Source of the DNA: Promethearchaeota archaeon
GTDB lineage: Archaea; Asgardarchaeota; Lokiarchaeia; Sigyniarchaeales; SOKP01
DNA length: 64,000 bases
NCBI GenBank assembly: GCA_019058365.1
Contig: JAHPZE010000014.1
Span: 1-64,000 of the forward strand
Direction: 5' to 3'
The notes under the pieces were generated by a model. That model searched no databases. It was not told the origin of the DNA and saw only the letters and a list, made by a program, of their open reading frames with translations. Positions within the stretch are counted from its first letter, which is position 1. Every line of letters begins with the position of its first letter. Both the position numbers and the translations under genes were made by a program. Shown here one piece after another: positions 40,823 through 51,739 of the stretch.

Positions 40823-41464
40823 TTACTGGATTTGGTTGAAACCATTCTTATCAATAGTACAAATTTGAAGTTCGTGTCCAGAACCAGCATCCCTCTCTTT
40901 TGAACTAGTTATAGCTGTTTTTAAAAGTTCAATACCTTTAGCTTTAGCCAAGTTTGCTTTCCAATCAGATTCTAAAACACCAAGACTAAAAGGACTACCA
41001 CTTCCAAAAGAGATATATTCATTTTCTTCATAAAGCGTACCAAGTAAGTCAATCCCATAGAGTTTCCCCGTTTTTTCTGTCAGAGAGTAACCACCTACGA
41101 TCATCATAGCAATGAAATAACTTCTACCACTGAATAATATATTCCGACAAATGCTAGCTACATATTTTGGTTCTGGCACTTTTCTTTCTTCAACTTCTTT
41201 TAAACGAGATAAGGCACGTAGCTGATTAACTACGTACTGGCAGTCCGCGACACCCCCAGCAATTGTAGCTGCAGTATAATTATTTATTTCAAATAACTTC
41301 TGGGCCTGTTTAGACGCTATAAAAGTACCACCCGTTGCTTGTGATTCAGTACCAATAACTACACCATCTTTTACAATTATTCCAACTGTCGTTGTACCGG
41401 TTTGTAGTATTTTTTCGATTCGGTCTTGATCCAGTTGGTTTAATTTATTGTTATTTTCCATCAT
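40823..41464 (-). CDS. psmB: Proteasome beta subunit
   Basis: Propeptide then TG|TTTVG, GSGS, RDAGSG. Confidence 0.93.
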   Translation of the reverse strand: MMENNNKLNQLDQDRIEKILQTGTTTVGIIVKDGVVIGTESQATGGTFIASKQAQKLFEINNYTAATIAGGVADCQYVVNQLRALSRLKEVEERKVPEPKYVASICRNILFSGRSYFIAMMIVGGYSLTEKTGKLYGIDLLGTLYEENEYISFGSGSPFSLGVLESDWKANLAKAKGIELLKTAITSSKERDAGSGHELQICTIDKNGFNQIQ

Positions 41465-41645
41465 CTTGCTGTGAAATAATGTCTGTATTAATATATAGCT
41501 TAATAAATGATATATAATAAATAAAAATTTGTTCTATATTTACTTTATCTTAATAAATCATAATTTAATGATATTAATCAAAAAATTTTAAAGATATTCT
41601 TTCTTATCTCACCTATTAAATTGGAATAAATTTGGCAATTATTTT

Positions 41646-42023
41646 ATGGCAAGAAGTCAAGCACGAAGTAAACGAAAATACACCGGAAAAAAATATAGAT
41701 ATTTTAGAAAGAAAAGAAAAAGAGAACTTGAACGTCCGAGAATTGATACTACCATCGGTGAAGAAAAGAAGAAGAAACAACGTGTTTTAGGCGGTAATAT
41801 AAAGGTTAAATTGTTTTCTACAAAATTTATTAATATAACAGATCCAAGCACGAATAAGACTTCAAAAGTAAAAATCTTACGATTTGAAAGCAATCAAGCT
41901 TCGAAGGATTTGAATCGAAGACATATCTTAACTAAAGGAGCAATTGTTGAAACTGAACTAGGCAATGCAAAAATAACAAGTCGTCCAGGTCAATCCGGAA
42001 CGATGAATGGTGTTCTCATTTAA
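41646..42023 (+). CDS. rps8e: 30S ribosomal protein S8e
   Basis: RSKRKYTGK, ILTKGAIVETELG, TSRPGQ. Confidence 0.95.
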   Translation: MARSQARSKRKYTGKKYRYFRKKRKRELERPRIDTTIGEEKKKKQRVLGGNIKVKLFSTKFINITDPSTNKTSKVKILRFESNQASKDLNRRHILTKGAIVETELGNAKITSRPGQSGTMNGVLI

Positions 42024-42283
42024 TTTTCTTACCTATTTCTTCTACATAATATAAAATAGAATATTTGGGATTCATTTTCTATCCTTAACACACTTTCTAA
42101 AAGTAGTTTTCTCATTCTTACGAAAATGGCTAAAATGGATATAAAACTAGTTATAAAATATTTATTTTTATTTCCGTATATGTAGGAATTTTCTCCATTT
42201 TGGGATTTGTTTTAATGAATCTTTATTATAAAAAGTTTTATTATATATATTTGTAAGTCATTCTTTGCTAAATATTTTAAAAA

Positions 42284-43015
42284 TTATGAATGGAATAGTT
42301 CAGATCTACAATAGTTCAGCCCTTCAAATAACTGATTGGGACGTAATTTTTTTAAATCTTGAATAGAGAGCCAACGCAAATTACCTTCAAACTCAATTTT
42401 ATCAGCTGGAAAAACCTCCTCATTGGGATTAAAATTATATGTAGCATTTATAGTTGTTGATGTAAGAAATGTAACAGAAATTTTATTCCATCCTACTAGA
42501 ATTGCTTTAAGTAAGGCATCAGATTCAAGAGGTAAATGAATTTCCTCACATATTTCACGCATAAGAGCTTCTTTAGGTGCTTTTTCTAAATCCTCATATT
42601 CTAACATACCCCCGACATTTACTATGGCTCCGGGATAATAGATTTGAGATAATGAACGCTTACCTACTAAAATATATTCCTTATTAGGAGAAAAAATTAG
42701 GCATTGAGTCCCTAACATTCCTATTCCTTTCTTCAGGGGAATTCTATTTTTAACCATAAAAATTACTGTAGAAAACTTGATTAGATCAACATCTAAATAC
42801 ATATACTTTTCTTTAATTTGAAAATTATCTAAAAATAATAAGTTTCCATCATAATCCTTAGGAAATTTTTTTATGTGTTTATTCCAATTCACTTCGATCT
42901 TAGATTTATATTTATTTGGTAATTGAAATTCTTTAAGAGATTTATTTCTCCACTTAATTCGATCTAATGGGAATTTTCCTTCCCAAATTGCCTTTAAATT
43001 TTTGTAATCTTCCAC
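42284..43015 (-). CDS. NUDIX hydrolase
   Basis: GGMLE......EALMREICEEI Nudix box. Confidence 0.8.
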   Translation of the reverse strand: MEDYKNLKAIWEGKFPLDRIKWRNKSLKEFQLPNKYKSKIEVNWNKHIKKFPKDYDGNLLFLDNFQIKEKYMYLDVDLIKFSTVIFMVKNRIPLKKGIGMLGTQCLIFSPNKEYILVGKRSLSQIYYPGAIVNVGGMLEYEDLEKAPKEALMREICEEIHLPLESDALLKAILVGWNKISVTFLTSTTINATYNFNPNEEVFPADKIEFEGNLRWLSIQDLKKLRPNQLFEGLNYCRSELFHS

Positions 43016-43038
43016 ATTATTAATAAAAACGTTAAAAT

Positions 43039-43410
43039 CTATTCTTGAATTTTAATATTTTTTACATTAGCTTTTTTACCTTCAGTTATTTCTGTATTAT
43101 TGCTTCCACAGTGAGAACATTTAAATAATTGAAGTCCTGTCAGTTCAGCTTCTCGAGTTATCGACACTTCTGAGGTTTTATTACAATCTCTACATTTTAC
43201 TTTGCCAGGAGTTATTTTAATTGTCAATTTCGCTCCTTCTGCTATTGATCCTTTAGTAGCCATTTCAAAAGATCGTTTAAGCAGCTCAGGAACAATAAGT
43301 GTTAACTCCCCAATTTCAAGTAATACTTCAGTTATTTTTTTAGCTTTATATTTTAGTGCTGTAGCCTCAGCTACTTTAAAAATATCATAAGCAAAAGCAA
43401 ATTCATGCAT
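43039..43410 (-). CDS. hypA: Hydrogenase maturation nickel metallochaperone (start placed at MHE)
   Basis: MHE Ni motif; CRDC and CSHC. Confidence 0.92.
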   Translation of the reverse strand: MHEFAFAYDIFKVAEATALKYKAKKITEVLLEIGELTLIVPELLKRSFEMATKGSIAEGAKLTIKITPGKVKCRDCNKTSEVSITREAELTGLQLFKCSHCGSNNTEITEGKKANVKNIKIQE

Positions 43411-43420
43411 AATTGATAAA

Positions 43421-43717
43421 TTAAGTATTTGAATGTGATTTTCTAATTTCTTTAGCCACTTCAATTAGTACTTTAGCTTTTTTCTTCCCTTTTGCATCTA
43501 TTAATACTCTACCAGGATCGTCCCACCACGTCTTAGAATATCTATAATTTCTCTCAATTTCAGCATTATACCCCAAATTTCGAGCAGCATTCTGAATCTC
43601 CTCTAAATTAATTTTTTCAATTGCATATTTTTTAGGTAGTCGTCTTCCATTACTTCGACTTCGCTTTGCGTCAAAATATTGCGGCCAAAATATCAAAAAA
43701 GGTTTCCTTGACCTCAT
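43421..43717 (-). CDS. srp19: Signal recognition particle 19 kDa protein
   Basis: IFWPQYFDAKRSRSNGRRLPK...GRVLI. Confidence 0.92.
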   Translation of the reverse strand: MRSRKPFLIFWPQYFDAKRSRSNGRRLPKKYAIEKINLEEIQNAARNLGYNAEIERNYRYSKTWWDDPGRVLIDAKGKKKAKVLIEVAKEIRKSHSNT

Positions 43718-43906
43718 AAGTTTACCAATTAAAAAAGTTTTCAAATAGAAATAATAAGAATAAAAACTCTTTAGATAATTTAAAAATTATTAGCATATCT
43801 AATAATGATAATTAAAATTAAATAGAACTTAAGATTTTTAATTATGCAAAACTTAATCAAGAAGCAACACCATTAAAACTTTGAAAATTATGCCTCTTTT
43901 CATTAT

Positions 43907-44009
43907 GGGAGGGTAGTCTAGCTTGGTATGATACATTAGCTTGATTTTTTAAGCAAAGTTAAATCGGCTGGGGGCCGAGTGGTCGGGGGTTCAATTCCCC
44001 CCTCTCCCA
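43907..44009 (+). tRNA. tRNA-Pro(GGG) with a 29-nt intron (43935-43963) at position 27/28
   Basis: Acceptor GGGAGGG/CTCTCCC, T arm GGGGG-TTCAATT-CCCCC, anticodon stem C|TCGG/CCGAG around loop CTGGGGG; BHB-like junction; CCA not encoded. Confidence 0.88.
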
Positions 44010-44101
44010 TTTTTGAAATTTTGGCAAAATTAAATATATTAAATAAGAAAGGAAAAATCTAAAAAAAATGCTAAATTTAAATAAATAAAATTCAAGATTA
44101 G

Positions 44102-44317
44102 GTGGTTAATATTACCATTAAAGAAGAAATAGAGAACAAAAAGCCGTTTGGTTCTAATTTAGATTGTATTTTAGTAATAATATTATCATTTATTGTCATG
44201 TTCGAATTATCTAGTTTCTTATTCATTGATATCCCATTTTTAGATATATTAAAATGGATAATTGTTATTATAATTCTAATTATTTTAATTGTTCGAGCTT
44301 CAGATAAGAAAGTGTAA
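44102..44317 (+). CDS. Small two-TM membrane protein
   Basis: Two hydrophobic helices. Confidence 0.5.
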   Translation: MVNITIKEEIENKKPFGSNLDCILVIILSFIVMFELSSFLFIDIPFLDILKWIIVIIILIILIVRASDKKV

Positions 44318-44546
44318 TGTATTGCTATACAATTAGAAAAAAGCCTTAAAGAGAATTATTATTAAACAACTCTAAATTTCTTATTAGATTGAGATTTTCA
44401 ATAAAATTATACTAATTTTGAATCAAAATTTTTTTCTCATTTTCCCTCCTATTAATAAAGTCTTAATAATTTTGTTAAAATTTATAAATTGGTCTAATCT
44501 ATTTTTTGATAGAAAAGCATATAAAAAAAATAGTAGTGAATTAAAA

Positions 44547-44849
44547 ATGATATGGAGCAAATTGGAAGCATCAGACAAAGCTATGTGCGCTGTGGCATTA
44601 ATTGGGGGAATTGTTGCGTTAATAGAAACTCTATTACATATGATTGGATTTCTGGAGTTTTGGAATTTTGGCATAATCACTAAGGTTATTGCGCTCGTAC
44701 TCGCACTTATTACTATATTATTTGGAGTAAAACCGATAGAATATACTCCTGCTATTCTAGTAGTTATAGGACTATTATTAATTATATTTGCAAGTTGGAT
44801 TGGTGGAATAATAGTACTTCTTGCGGCAGCTATTGGGATTATTACTTAA
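44547..44849 (+). CDS. Small multi-TM membrane protein (start placed at MIWSK)
   Basis: Four short hydrophobic helices, GGIIVLLA motif. Confidence 0.6.
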   Translation: MIWSKLEASDKAMCAVALIGGIVALIETLLHMIGFLEFWNFGIITKVIALVLALITILFGVKPIEYTPAILVVIGLLLIIFASWIGGIIVLLAAAIGIIT

Positions 44850-44877
44850 TATTTAATTAATTTTTTCTTAAATTTTT

Positions 44878-45750
44878 ATGAAATTGCGAACATTAGGTAG
44901 AACAGGTCTAAAAGTTAGTGAAATTGGTTTAGGAACTGAATATTTATTTAGGCAACCTAAGCAAACAGTTAGTTCAGTGATCTCTGAAGCCATTAAGAAT
45001 GGAATTAATTATTTTGATATTGTTTTTAATGTATCTAATTACATTGAAAATATTAGTACTGCGATTAAGAATTGTAAAGATGATATAATCCTTACTTGTC
45101 ATTTAGGATCAATAGAACAAGACGGAAAAGTTCGAAGATCCCGTAATAGTAAAGAATGTGAACAGACAATTATCAATACAATTGAAAAATTTGGAAAAGG
45201 GAATATTGATATTGTTAATTTACAGTTTGTTAAAGAAAATGAATATGAATCATTAATAGCACCAGGAGGATTATTGGACCTAGCCAAAAAATTAAAGACA
45301 GATGGAAAAGCTAAATTTATAGGATTAAGCACTCATAATATCTCAATAGGTCAAAAAGCAGTTAAGAGCGGTAATTTTGATATAATAATGAATCAAATTA
45401 ATATTGTAAATGATAGCATGCCAGGGAGAGAAGATTTTTTAAAAACTTGTAAGAAAGAAGGTGTAGGTCTTGTAGCTATTAAACCTTTTGCTGGAGGAAA
45501 ATTATTACAAAAAAATCGAACTGTTAATATAGCAAAATATCAATCTGGAGGAATAAATTTAAAAAAAAAGATTCCTAAGGATAGTACTCCAATTAAATGC
45601 TTAAATTATACCCTTTCTCAAACAGCCGTCTCAACTACTATACCCGGAGTAAAAAATGTTCAAGAATTAAAGGAAACTCTTGCCTTTTTAAATGCTTCAG
45701 ATGAAGAAAAGGACTTTTCAATCTTAATAAAGGAATTTAAAAATAACTAA
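44878..45750 (+). CDS. Aldo/keto reductase
   Basis: LGRTGLKVSEIGLG, GINYFD, IGLSTH, KPFAGG. Confidence 0.88.
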   Translation: MKLRTLGRTGLKVSEIGLGTEYLFRQPKQTVSSVISEAIKNGINYFDIVFNVSNYIENISTAIKNCKDDIILTCHLGSIEQDGKVRRSRNSKECEQTIINTIEKFGKGNIDIVNLQFVKENEYESLIAPGGLLDLAKKLKTDGKAKFIGLSTHNISIGQKAVKSGNFDIIMNQINIVNDSMPGREDFLKTCKKEGVGLVAIKPFAGGKLLQKNRTVNIAKYQSGGINLKKKIPKDSTPIKCLNYTLSQTAVSTTIPGVKNVQELKETLAFLNASDEEKDFSILIKEFKNN

Positions 45751-46601
45751 GATAAAGCAACAGCTAATATTAAAGCACCATAAATTTCAGAGTAGTTGCC
45801 AACTCTAGATGTATCAATAATCGTAGGGTCTATACCCATATAAATAGCCCCATATGCTTTACCTCCACCTAAATGAACCAATGTACGATAAATTAAATTT
45901 CCAGAAATACCATTAGGAGCTATAACTAAATTGGATTTTTTTTCAATAGCTTTTTCTATCAATATTTCATCGTGAGATATCATAATATTTGGATATTTTT
46001 CACTTATAAATTCTACAATTTTCTCTGCTTCCTGTATTGTTTGGTCAACCTTGACATCTCTTCCAATATCACCTATTCTGCCTCCGCTTAAAATACTTAT
46101 TTTAGGAGTGATATTAAGTTTATCTAATTCTTTTATAGCGGTTTCCATAAAGATAATTTTTTTTTCTAAGTTATTACATTCATCAATACCGACTGGACCG
46201 TAAAAGAATTGATAGCCATTAAAAGTTTCCAGTAATGCTAATCTATTAATCTCTTCGCGCTTTAAATAGATTTTGATATTTTTTATGAACTTGCTCGAAC
46301 TTAGAGAACCTCTTATAATGGTTTGAAGAGACTTGTTTTTTAAAAATTCAAAAATAGAATTTTCAGGATCCTGACTTTCAATAAATTTCACTCTTGAATT
46401 TTTAATTAAATCTGGAGTTTGTCCAAGAAGCTTATTTGAATTTTCTTTTGTACCAAAAAAAAAAACTTGTGAATTATACTCTTGTAAAAAATCTAAGCAT
46501 ACCTTTAAGATTTTTTGGTTATGATATTCAGAAACCCCTAATCCTATGCCAATAATACTACTTTTTTTTTTTGCTTCTGCTTCAAATTTTTTTAATATCA
46601 T
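45747..46601 (-). CDS. mtxX: MtxX-like (methanogenesis marker 4 / phosphotransacylase-fold) protein
   Basis: IRGSLSS, GPVGIDE, LSGGR, APNGISGNLIYRTL, IDTSR. Confidence 0.8.
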   Translation of the reverse strand: MILKKFEAEAKKKSSIIGIGLGVSEYHNQKILKVCLDFLQEYNSQVFFFGTKENSNKLLGQTPDLIKNSRVKFIESQDPENSIFEFLKNKSLQTIIRGSLSSSKFIKNIKIYLKREEINRLALLETFNGYQFFYGPVGIDECNNLEKKIIFMETAIKELDKLNITPKISILSGGRIGDIGRDVKVDQTIQEAEKIVEFISEKYPNIMISHDEILIEKAIEKKSNLVIAPNGISGNLIYRTLVHLGGGKAYGAIYMGIDPTIIDTSRVGNYSEIYGALILAVALS

Positions 46602-46620
46602 ATTTAGGTAAGAATATCAT

Positions 46621-47757
46621 TTAAAATATATTATAAAAATTGAAAGCTAAAATTATAGTTAGTGCATCATATACACCATGAGTTATAACAACTGCTAATA
46701 AATTTTCATTTCTCCAATAATATATAGCACCTAATAAAAGGGAGATAGCAAAATAAGGAATAAAAGATAACAGAAAGGAAATTAGTAGGACTAATGGAGC
46801 ATTTAACACCATCAAAACTACGCCTGTTACATGAATCATAGCAAAAATAAATGCTGTAACTATAATCCCCCATTTATCACCTAGACTCCGCATTAACCCT
46901 TTTTGCATAAACCCTCTAAACAATATTTCCTCAGATGTTCCAATTATTAAAATCATCACAATAGATAAGAGAATTAAACTAAGAACGTCAGCAGAAAGAA
47001 TGATAGATTCAACATCACCAGTACCACTCCCAAGATCACTTACTATTTCGATTCCAAAGATTGTTTCGAGAGCAATCTCGGTTAAAAAAGAAACTATTCC
47101 AACTAATAAAACCCCGATTATAGCAAATCCTAATCCTATTAAGATCTCTTTTAATACTCCTTTTTTTTCAATTCCCCGTGTAGTAAATCCTAATAGTCCT
47201 AATCTATTTTTTAAACTGGGATTTTCAAGATATTTAGCAACATATATGACCGGAACTAAAATAAATATTAATTCAAAGAAGGAACTAAATATTAAGAAGT
47301 ATGGATTTAAGAGGATATCATATAATAATTCCAAATTAAAAGAAGCATAAATAATTAAAATAATTATTCCTGCTGTTAAGAAATTCATTAAAAGAAATGC
47401 ACCTAATGGTACTCCAATAGAAGCTGCAGTTCCCCATAATTCATGATTTTTCGTATCAATTATTTCATCATCCGGAATTTTCTTAGGTCCATAAATAATT
47501 GGAGGAGTGTAAAGTTGGGGATATTTTGATGGTATTATATAAGGATTAATTACTTCTTCTTGTTGTAAAATTCTATGTTCCTTAAGGTACTCAAGATTAG
47601 TTCCACACCCCATACAGAATTTAAGTTTATTAATTTTTGGAATTTCTTTCCCACAAACGGGGCAAAATGACCAACTAGTATCATTTAATGCTGTTCCATC
47701 TTTAGATATCATTGTTTCTTGTTTATTATGAAGATCTTGAACTTCTTTCTCGTCCAT
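46621..47757 (-). CDS. CPBP intramembrane protease with N-terminal zinc ribbon
   Basis: CPVCG..CMGCG; EEILFRG, FAMIH, THGVYD. Confidence 0.85.
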   Translation of the reverse strand: MDEKEVQDLHNKQETMISKDGTALNDTSWSFCPVCGKEIPKINKLKFCMGCGTNLEYLKEHRILQQEEVINPYIIPSKYPQLYTPPIIYGPKKIPDDEIIDTKNHELWGTAASIGVPLGAFLLMNFLTAGIIILIIYASFNLELLYDILLNPYFLIFSSFFELIFILVPVIYVAKYLENPSLKNRLGLLGFTTRGIEKKGVLKEILIGLGFAIIGVLLVGIVSFLTEIALETIFGIEIVSDLGSGTGDVESIILSADVLSLILLSIVMILIIGTSEEILFRGFMQKGLMRSLGDKWGIIVTAFIFAMIHVTGVVLMVLNAPLVLLISFLLSFIPYFAISLLLGAIYYWRNENLLAVVITHGVYDALTIILAFNFYNIF

Positions 47758-47842
47758 GATTAAACTACAAAAAGAATTTAAATTACTAAAAGCTTTACAT
47801 TTCTTATTAGAATTTTGTGAAAAAAATTTATGGATTAAGTTT

Positions 47843-49759
47843 TTAAATTTGACTTCTTATATGCTTAAAAATCATGTTAATTTCAATATCATTGTGGTAC
47901 ATATCAGGATTTATCAATTGATAGTAATTGTATTTAACAGGTTCTTCACCTTTCTCAACTAATAATTCTAGCTTTAGTGAGGGCATCCAAAATGTTTTAT
48001 TGATATGCTGGTATTCAGCCATAACCATATAAAGAAAGTTCCCTACTTTTTTCGGGATAATTTTAGTTTTGATTTTTGTCATTTCATTAGCTTTTAACCT
48101 TTTAATGCTAGTAAATTCTAATTTGGATTCAAACGAATCAGACATAAAAAAATAGATCTTTATATCCTTGATTTCAGTCAAGTTAGGATTCTCGACCATA
48201 ATCGTGATAATTTCTGGATGATTTAGCTTTAGTTTTTTATTGTGTATTTTGATATCTATGAAAATAGGGTATGGTAAGATTTTTTCATTTAAATCAAAAC
48301 TTAAATTAATGAGTTTTTGAAGATTGGGTTTTAAATTTAATATAAATTGATTTTTTTGTTCTTCTAAAGAAAGAACTTGTTTACTCCTCGATTCTTCAAA
48401 ACCTTGAAGCACACGATTAATATACTTTAAGATGTATTTATCAAATTCTGAATGTTTAACAGATATAAAAGAAATTAATTTCTTGTAATATTCTGATTCA
48501 AGATTTTGAGGTAAAGGTTTCTCGAAAATATCCTTGATAAAATTTTTTAAAAGCTCATCTAAATGGATTAAGTCTTTATGTTCAATTTCAAATTTCTCCA
48601 AAATTTTCCCATTAAATTTGTCATCTTGTAAAAATTCACTTAATAAATTTAGCACTTCAATAGCTTCAGAGTTATAGGCGTTAAAAGCCTTTGTTATCAT
48701 AGCTTCTAATAAGTTATTTAATTTTGTAATATTTTTGTTCTTATAATTAATGAATTCTGCTCGGTAAGATTCTAAATATTTAATTAATTTACCAGAATGT
48801 AATTTTAATAGGCTTCTCTGATATTTTTGATATCTTTCCGATACATTTTTTATCCAATTACCAACACTATTTATTTTCTCAAGATTTTCTTCATTGTTGA
48901 ATATTATATTTTCTTCTAAAGTATCTGTAGATAACAGTGGACAATCAATTTTTACTTTTTCCAATACTACACTTGTATTACGCTCCAATTGATATATTTT
49001 TTCTATTTGTGTGTACAAATTGAATTTCTGAAAATCATCTGCTTTGATTTTAATTAATTTCTCAAGTAAATCTTCTAACTTATCAGAATAATATTTAGGA
49101 TTTCTATTTAGAATCCCTCTTAATATTGCAGCAAATTCAGAAAGAATTATGTAGATATCTTTTTTAACATAGATTTTAGTTCTGTTATTTTCTAGGTTTA
49201 TGATATTACAAAAATTTACTACATTCTGATAATTTTTCTCAGCAAATTGATAGTAATTGGCACATTTTTCAAAATATAATGAATTTTTTGCCAAATAACT
49301 ATAATATAATCCTAATAATGATTTATTAATAATATATGAAAGTTCTCTGAGTTCTTCATACTTTCTTTTGGTTTTATTATCTTTTATATAGGCTATTAAA
49401 AATTCCTCAACAATTATCTCAAAATTGCCTGCAGAACGAATTGAATTGATTAATTTTAAAGGATTAATTTCTATATCATCTAGTTTAGTAATAATGAAAT
49501 GCCTATATTCATTAAAATCAGAATTAAGACTATAAAAATAAGAATCAATTAAAGATTTTCTTCTCTCAAGTTCCGAATTTTTGACTTTTTTTTCAGTTTT
49601 AAATGATGTAAGGTTTAGAATTTCAGTTAAATAATATTTGAGAGAATATAATGACTCCATATATAATGTTCTTGCCCCACAATAAGGACACTGAGCTGCA
49701 GATCCCTTTATAATGGGTAAACCACACCCACATTTCTTGCAAGGCATAAAGGATATCAT
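47843..49759 (-). CDS. Hypothetical protein: zinc ribbon, long helical region, C-terminal Ig-like domain
   Basis: CKKCG...CPYCG; beta-sandwich pattern ITIMVENPN...KIIPKKVG. Confidence 0.6.
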   Translation of the reverse strand: MISFMPCKKCGCGLPIIKGSAAQCPYCGARTLYMESLYSLKYYLTEILNLTSFKTEKKVKNSELERRKSLIDSYFYSLNSDFNEYRHFIITKLDDIEINPLKLINSIRSAGNFEIIVEEFLIAYIKDNKTKRKYEELRELSYIINKSLLGLYYSYLAKNSLYFEKCANYYQFAEKNYQNVVNFCNIINLENNRTKIYVKKDIYIILSEFAAILRGILNRNPKYYSDKLEDLLEKLIKIKADDFQKFNLYTQIEKIYQLERNTSVVLEKVKIDCPLLSTDTLEENIIFNNEENLEKINSVGNWIKNVSERYQKYQRSLLKLHSGKLIKYLESYRAEFINYKNKNITKLNNLLEAMITKAFNAYNSEAIEVLNLLSEFLQDDKFNGKILEKFEIEHKDLIHLDELLKNFIKDIFEKPLPQNLESEYYKKLISFISVKHSEFDKYILKYINRVLQGFEESRSKQVLSLEEQKNQFILNLKPNLQKLINLSFDLNEKILPYPIFIDIKIHNKKLKLNHPEIITIMVENPNLTEIKDIKIYFFMSDSFESKLEFTSIKRLKANEMTKIKTKIIPKKVGNFLYMVMAEYQHINKTFWMPSLKLELLVEKGEEPVKYNYYQLINPDMYHNDIEINMIFKHIRSQI

Positions 49760-49953
49760 AGAAATAAGTGTTCTCTCAAATTTTATATTTTAAATATTCT
49801 TTCATATTACAAATTACTACTCGATTATTAAAATTTTATCCTTTAAGTCTATTAAATCATAATATTTTGATGTGTTTTATGACGTGTAATATTTAATCAT
49901 ATTACTTAATAATTGAATAAATTCTTCTTTAATATTCTTTAAAAAATATATAT

Positions 49954-51726
49954 TTAATGAGTAAAATAACAGAAAAGATGGTTGTTTTCAAGATTTATGG
50001 GATTGACGAATCCATAACGTTCGAATTGAATCGTTTTATTCATCGGTATTTTTAAAAGATTTATTTCTCCATTCCCTTTTGATAGTGTTCCATCTGGTTT
50101 TAAGATTGAGACCCTTACATTTTCATCTTTAGGTACCCATTGAATAATTGGAAAATCTCGATCCAACTCCTTACTATAATAGGAAGCACCTATTTTTTTA
50201 TTATTCAAATCAATAGACTCAATCTTGATATTCATTAAATCTTTTAACCGAATCATTTGATCCTTTTGTAGGTTTTTTCCATCCATAAAAGCAATTAAAA
50301 GGTTCAGTTGATTGTTTATTGATATGCATTTTATTTTCCTTTTTCCTTTTTTAGGCGTTGTTGGATGTACGAGAGGTTCAGCAATGTATAACTTGTCAGG
50401 AATATTATCAATTGTAATTGAAAAGGGATTTTCAACATAAAAAAAACGGTCAGAGATTGCGTCTATTATATCTTGATTTTTTGAATATAACCAATTTACA
50501 GAAAATGTTATTCCTGATTGAGACATACCAAGTTCTAGTAATGTTTCTCTTAACGCTTCCGGTCTTATTCCACGCTTTTTGAGAGATTGTAAACTCCATG
50601 TCCTTGGATCTTCCCATCCTTCATAAATTCCATTTTGAATATTATTTCTTGATTCGGTTTTGCTTAATTTCATATCAGCGAAATTGAGTCTTCCATAATA
50701 TAATAACTCCGCTTTTTTCCAACCAAAATGGTCCCAAATAAATTCTTCAATAATACCTTCTTTAACTAAATCTATACCTCTTAATATATGAGACGCACTT
50801 ATTAAATAATCATCAATTGCCCAAGAATACTCTAGCATTGGCCATACTATATATTTATTACCCACTCTTGGATGTTCTGCCTCTGAAATTCTCATAATAA
50901 TTTGGTCTCTTAAAGCTGGATCTTTTTGATCCATTCCTGTTTTTAGTCTTACTACAGCTTGACCTTCATGATATTCCTTGTTAAGCATAGCGTTCCATAG
51001 CTCTAAATTCTTTTCTTTTGATTGATTCCTATGTGGACAATCATTTTTGTTTTTCTTATAATTTTCCCTAAATTCATCAGCGGAGCAAAAACAAACATAA
51101 GCCATATTATCTTTAATGAGTTTTTCACAGTATTCATAAAAAATTTCTAATCGATCGCTTTTATAATAAATATTGCTATAATTTACTCCTAACCAATCCA
51201 ATCCTTCCTTAATTAAATTATAGGCTTCTGGTAATACGTATTTAGCCTTAGGGCTTTCCCGTAAAGATTTTGGACTTCCGATGGTATCATCATAAAATAA
51301 AATAAGTTCACCATTATATCTTTTAACGTATTCATCATTTAGTACAATCATTCTTGCGTTCCCAACATGTAGCGCCCCACTTGGATAAGGAGCTAAACGC
51401 ATTATTACTTTTTTAAACTTCGAGATGTTTGGTAGTTCTGGTAATTCCTTATCTTCCTCTATTTTTTCTTTTTTATCCAACGCGTGAGGATCTAACTGAA
51501 ATAATTTTTCTTTCTGTTCCTTTATATTTAGATTTGAGATTTCAGAAATGATACTATCCAATATAGGAATAATTGATTTCGCTTGAGAGCGCATATCGGG
51601 TCTTGTGGCCATAAGTTTTCCCATTATAGCTTTTTTATCTGGCTTACCATTAAATTTAACTGCGTTCTTCAAACCACTTAACCATAGAATCTTTCTTATT
51701 TCTTCATCTTTCATTAGTATCTTCAT
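49954..51726 (-). CDS. gltX: Glutamate--tRNA ligase (archaeal type)
   Basis: RLAPYPSGALHVG, AYVCFC, LSKT, QFERYGF. Confidence 0.95.
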   Translation of the reverse strand: MKILMKDEEIRKILWLSGLKNAVKFNGKPDKKAIMGKLMATRPDMRSQAKSIIPILDSIISEISNLNIKEQKEKLFQLDPHALDKKEKIEEDKELPELPNISKFKKVIMRLAPYPSGALHVGNARMIVLNDEYVKRYNGELILFYDDTIGSPKSLRESPKAKYVLPEAYNLIKEGLDWLGVNYSNIYYKSDRLEIFYEYCEKLIKDNMAYVCFCSADEFRENYKKNKNDCPHRNQSKEKNLELWNAMLNKEYHEGQAVVRLKTGMDQKDPALRDQIIMRISEAEHPRVGNKYIVWPMLEYSWAIDDYLISASHILRGIDLVKEGIIEEFIWDHFGWKKAELLYYGRLNFADMKLSKTESRNNIQNGIYEGWEDPRTWSLQSLKKRGIRPEALRETLLELGMSQSGITFSVNWLYSKNQDIIDAISDRFFYVENPFSITIDNIPDKLYIAEPLVHPTTPKKGKRKIKCISINNQLNLLIAFMDGKNLQKDQMIRLKDLMNIKIESIDLNNKKIGASYYSKELDRDFPIIQWVPKDENVRVSILKPDGTLSKGNGEINLLKIPMNKTIQFERYGFVNPINLENNHLFCYFTH

Positions 51727-51739
51727 CTTATCAATTTTT

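Noticed and set aside
51236-51282. Hairpin within an apparent short insertion in gltX (PKSLRESPK) as a second mRNA intron
   Set aside because: The best BHB-like pairing lacks flanking helices and would excise 29 nt, breaking an intact frame.
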